Assembly: GCA_963840645.1 (NCBI GenBank)
Contig: CAWIZL010000004.1
Span: forward strand, 153,121-201,469
Length of the DNA stretch: 48,349 nt
Source: Candidatus Doudnabacteria bacterium
GTDB lineage: Bacteria > Patescibacteriota > Doudnabacteria > UBA920 > VMFF01
Reading direction: 5' to 3'
Shown: positions 47,761 to 48,349 of the stretch, piece by piece
Layout of the letters: each line of letters begins with the position of its first letter
How positions within the stretch are numbered: the first letter of the stretch is position 1
Notes under the pieces: generated by a model
Told to the model about the DNA's origin: nothing
Database searches by the model: none
What the model saw: only the letters and a program-made list of their open reading frames with translations
Position numbers and translations under genes: made by a program

Positions 47761-47784
47761 AAGTAGATACTACCATAAGTTGTG

Positions 47785-47889
47785 CCCAAAGAAAAAAGCT
47801 CCCGCAGTGCCTCCACAGCAATTTCTGCAAGCCGCGAAGCGGATTAGCAGAAATGCGAGGACAGCACAAGGGAGCTGTTTTTCTTTGGG
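47785..47889. repeat. Long palindromic element, copy 3 (divergent)
   Basis: Outer stem CCCAAAGAAAAAAGCTCCC/GGGAGCTGTTTTTCTTTGGG, inner GCAATTTCTGC/GCAGAAATGC, apical CCGCGAAGCGG. Confidence 0.75.
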
Positions 47890-47905
47890 TACTTTTGGTT
47901 TTGCT

Positions 47906-48349
47906 CTACTTCTTGAACAGTTTAGTTAGCCATGTACGCTTGCGAATTGCTGCCGTAGCTGTTGTCACGAATCCTGCGAATGCGTAGGCGACTTCAGCGT
48001 CTGCACCTGTCTTTGGGGCAACAAACGTTGCGCCCAAAACCTGTGGCTGCTGCACCGCTGGCTGAACCTGCAAGATCGGCTGCTGAGGCTGGATGTAGAC
48101 AGGCTGTGGCTGCTGCTGAATGTAGATTGGGGGCTGCTGAGGCTGGATGTAGATTGGCTGAATGTTCGCGAGCGGAATGACAACCGTGTTGCCGAACGTG
48201 TTCACCATCTGCTGGTTGCCGTAGAAGTTTGTGTTTGACTTCACCTGAACCTCAAAGGTATCTGCAGTAGAGCTGCCAGGTGCAATGCTCACCTGTGGCC
48301 AGCTGATGACGCTGCCGTTCAGGCTGCCGCCGTTTGCGCTCACGAGTGA
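47906..48349 (-). CDS. C-terminal part of a surface protein (DUF11-like Ig domain, Gln/Pro repeats, LPXTG-like sorting signal); truncated by the window edge
   Basis: VISWPQVSIAPG..TFEVQV, (QP)IYIQ repeats, and VLGA...APKTG followed by a weakly hydrophobic stretch and a basic tail. Confidence 0.75.
   Translation of the reverse strand, partial: SLVSANGGSLNGSVISWPQVSIAPGSSTADTFEVQVKSNTNFYGNQQMVNTFGNTVVIPLANIQPIYIQPQQPPIYIQQQPQPVYIQPQQPILQVQPAVQQPQVLGATFVAPKTGADAEVAYAFAGFVTTATAAIRKRTWLTKLFKK

Noticed and set aside
1-48349. Alternative genetic code (TGA read as Gly, as in Gracilibacteria/Absconditabacteria)
   Set aside because: Conserved genes translate fully in code 11, TGA ends several genes (e.g. 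at 10297, 12293, 14550), and the breaks are frameshifts rather than in-frame TGA.

Overview
This window is core chromosome from a Patescibacteria (CPR) bacterium, probably Parcubacteria/Doudnabacteria-like (inferred from the protein families present), using the standard genetic code. Almost every gene is on the minus strand. It carries secDF, secA, hpf, murB/murC/murG, two glycosyltransferase clusters, RNase P RNA, the infA-rpmJ-rpsM-rpsK-rpsD-rpoA-rplQ-rplM-rpsI operon, a pgi-like gene, a short alaS, ctpA and several surface proteins. Several essential genes are split by frameshifts, most likely assembly indels. The main signals not explained by gene calls are: (1) a 71-nt structured motif repeated in both intergenic spacers of a three-gene orphan operon at 41.3-43.2 kb; (2) a ~2.7 kb integrase-less islet (hicB-hicA plus two lipoproteins) bounded by a 21-bp duplication of the rpsI 3' end; (3) three ~100-nt palindromes sharing an apical CGCGAAGCG; (4) two apparent translation-initiation classes, namely leaderless core genes with a -10 box 6-7 nt before the ATG and orphan genes with strong AGGAGG sites; (5) an infA with no ATG/GTG/TTG start. 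All calls come from reading the sequence; no searches were run.
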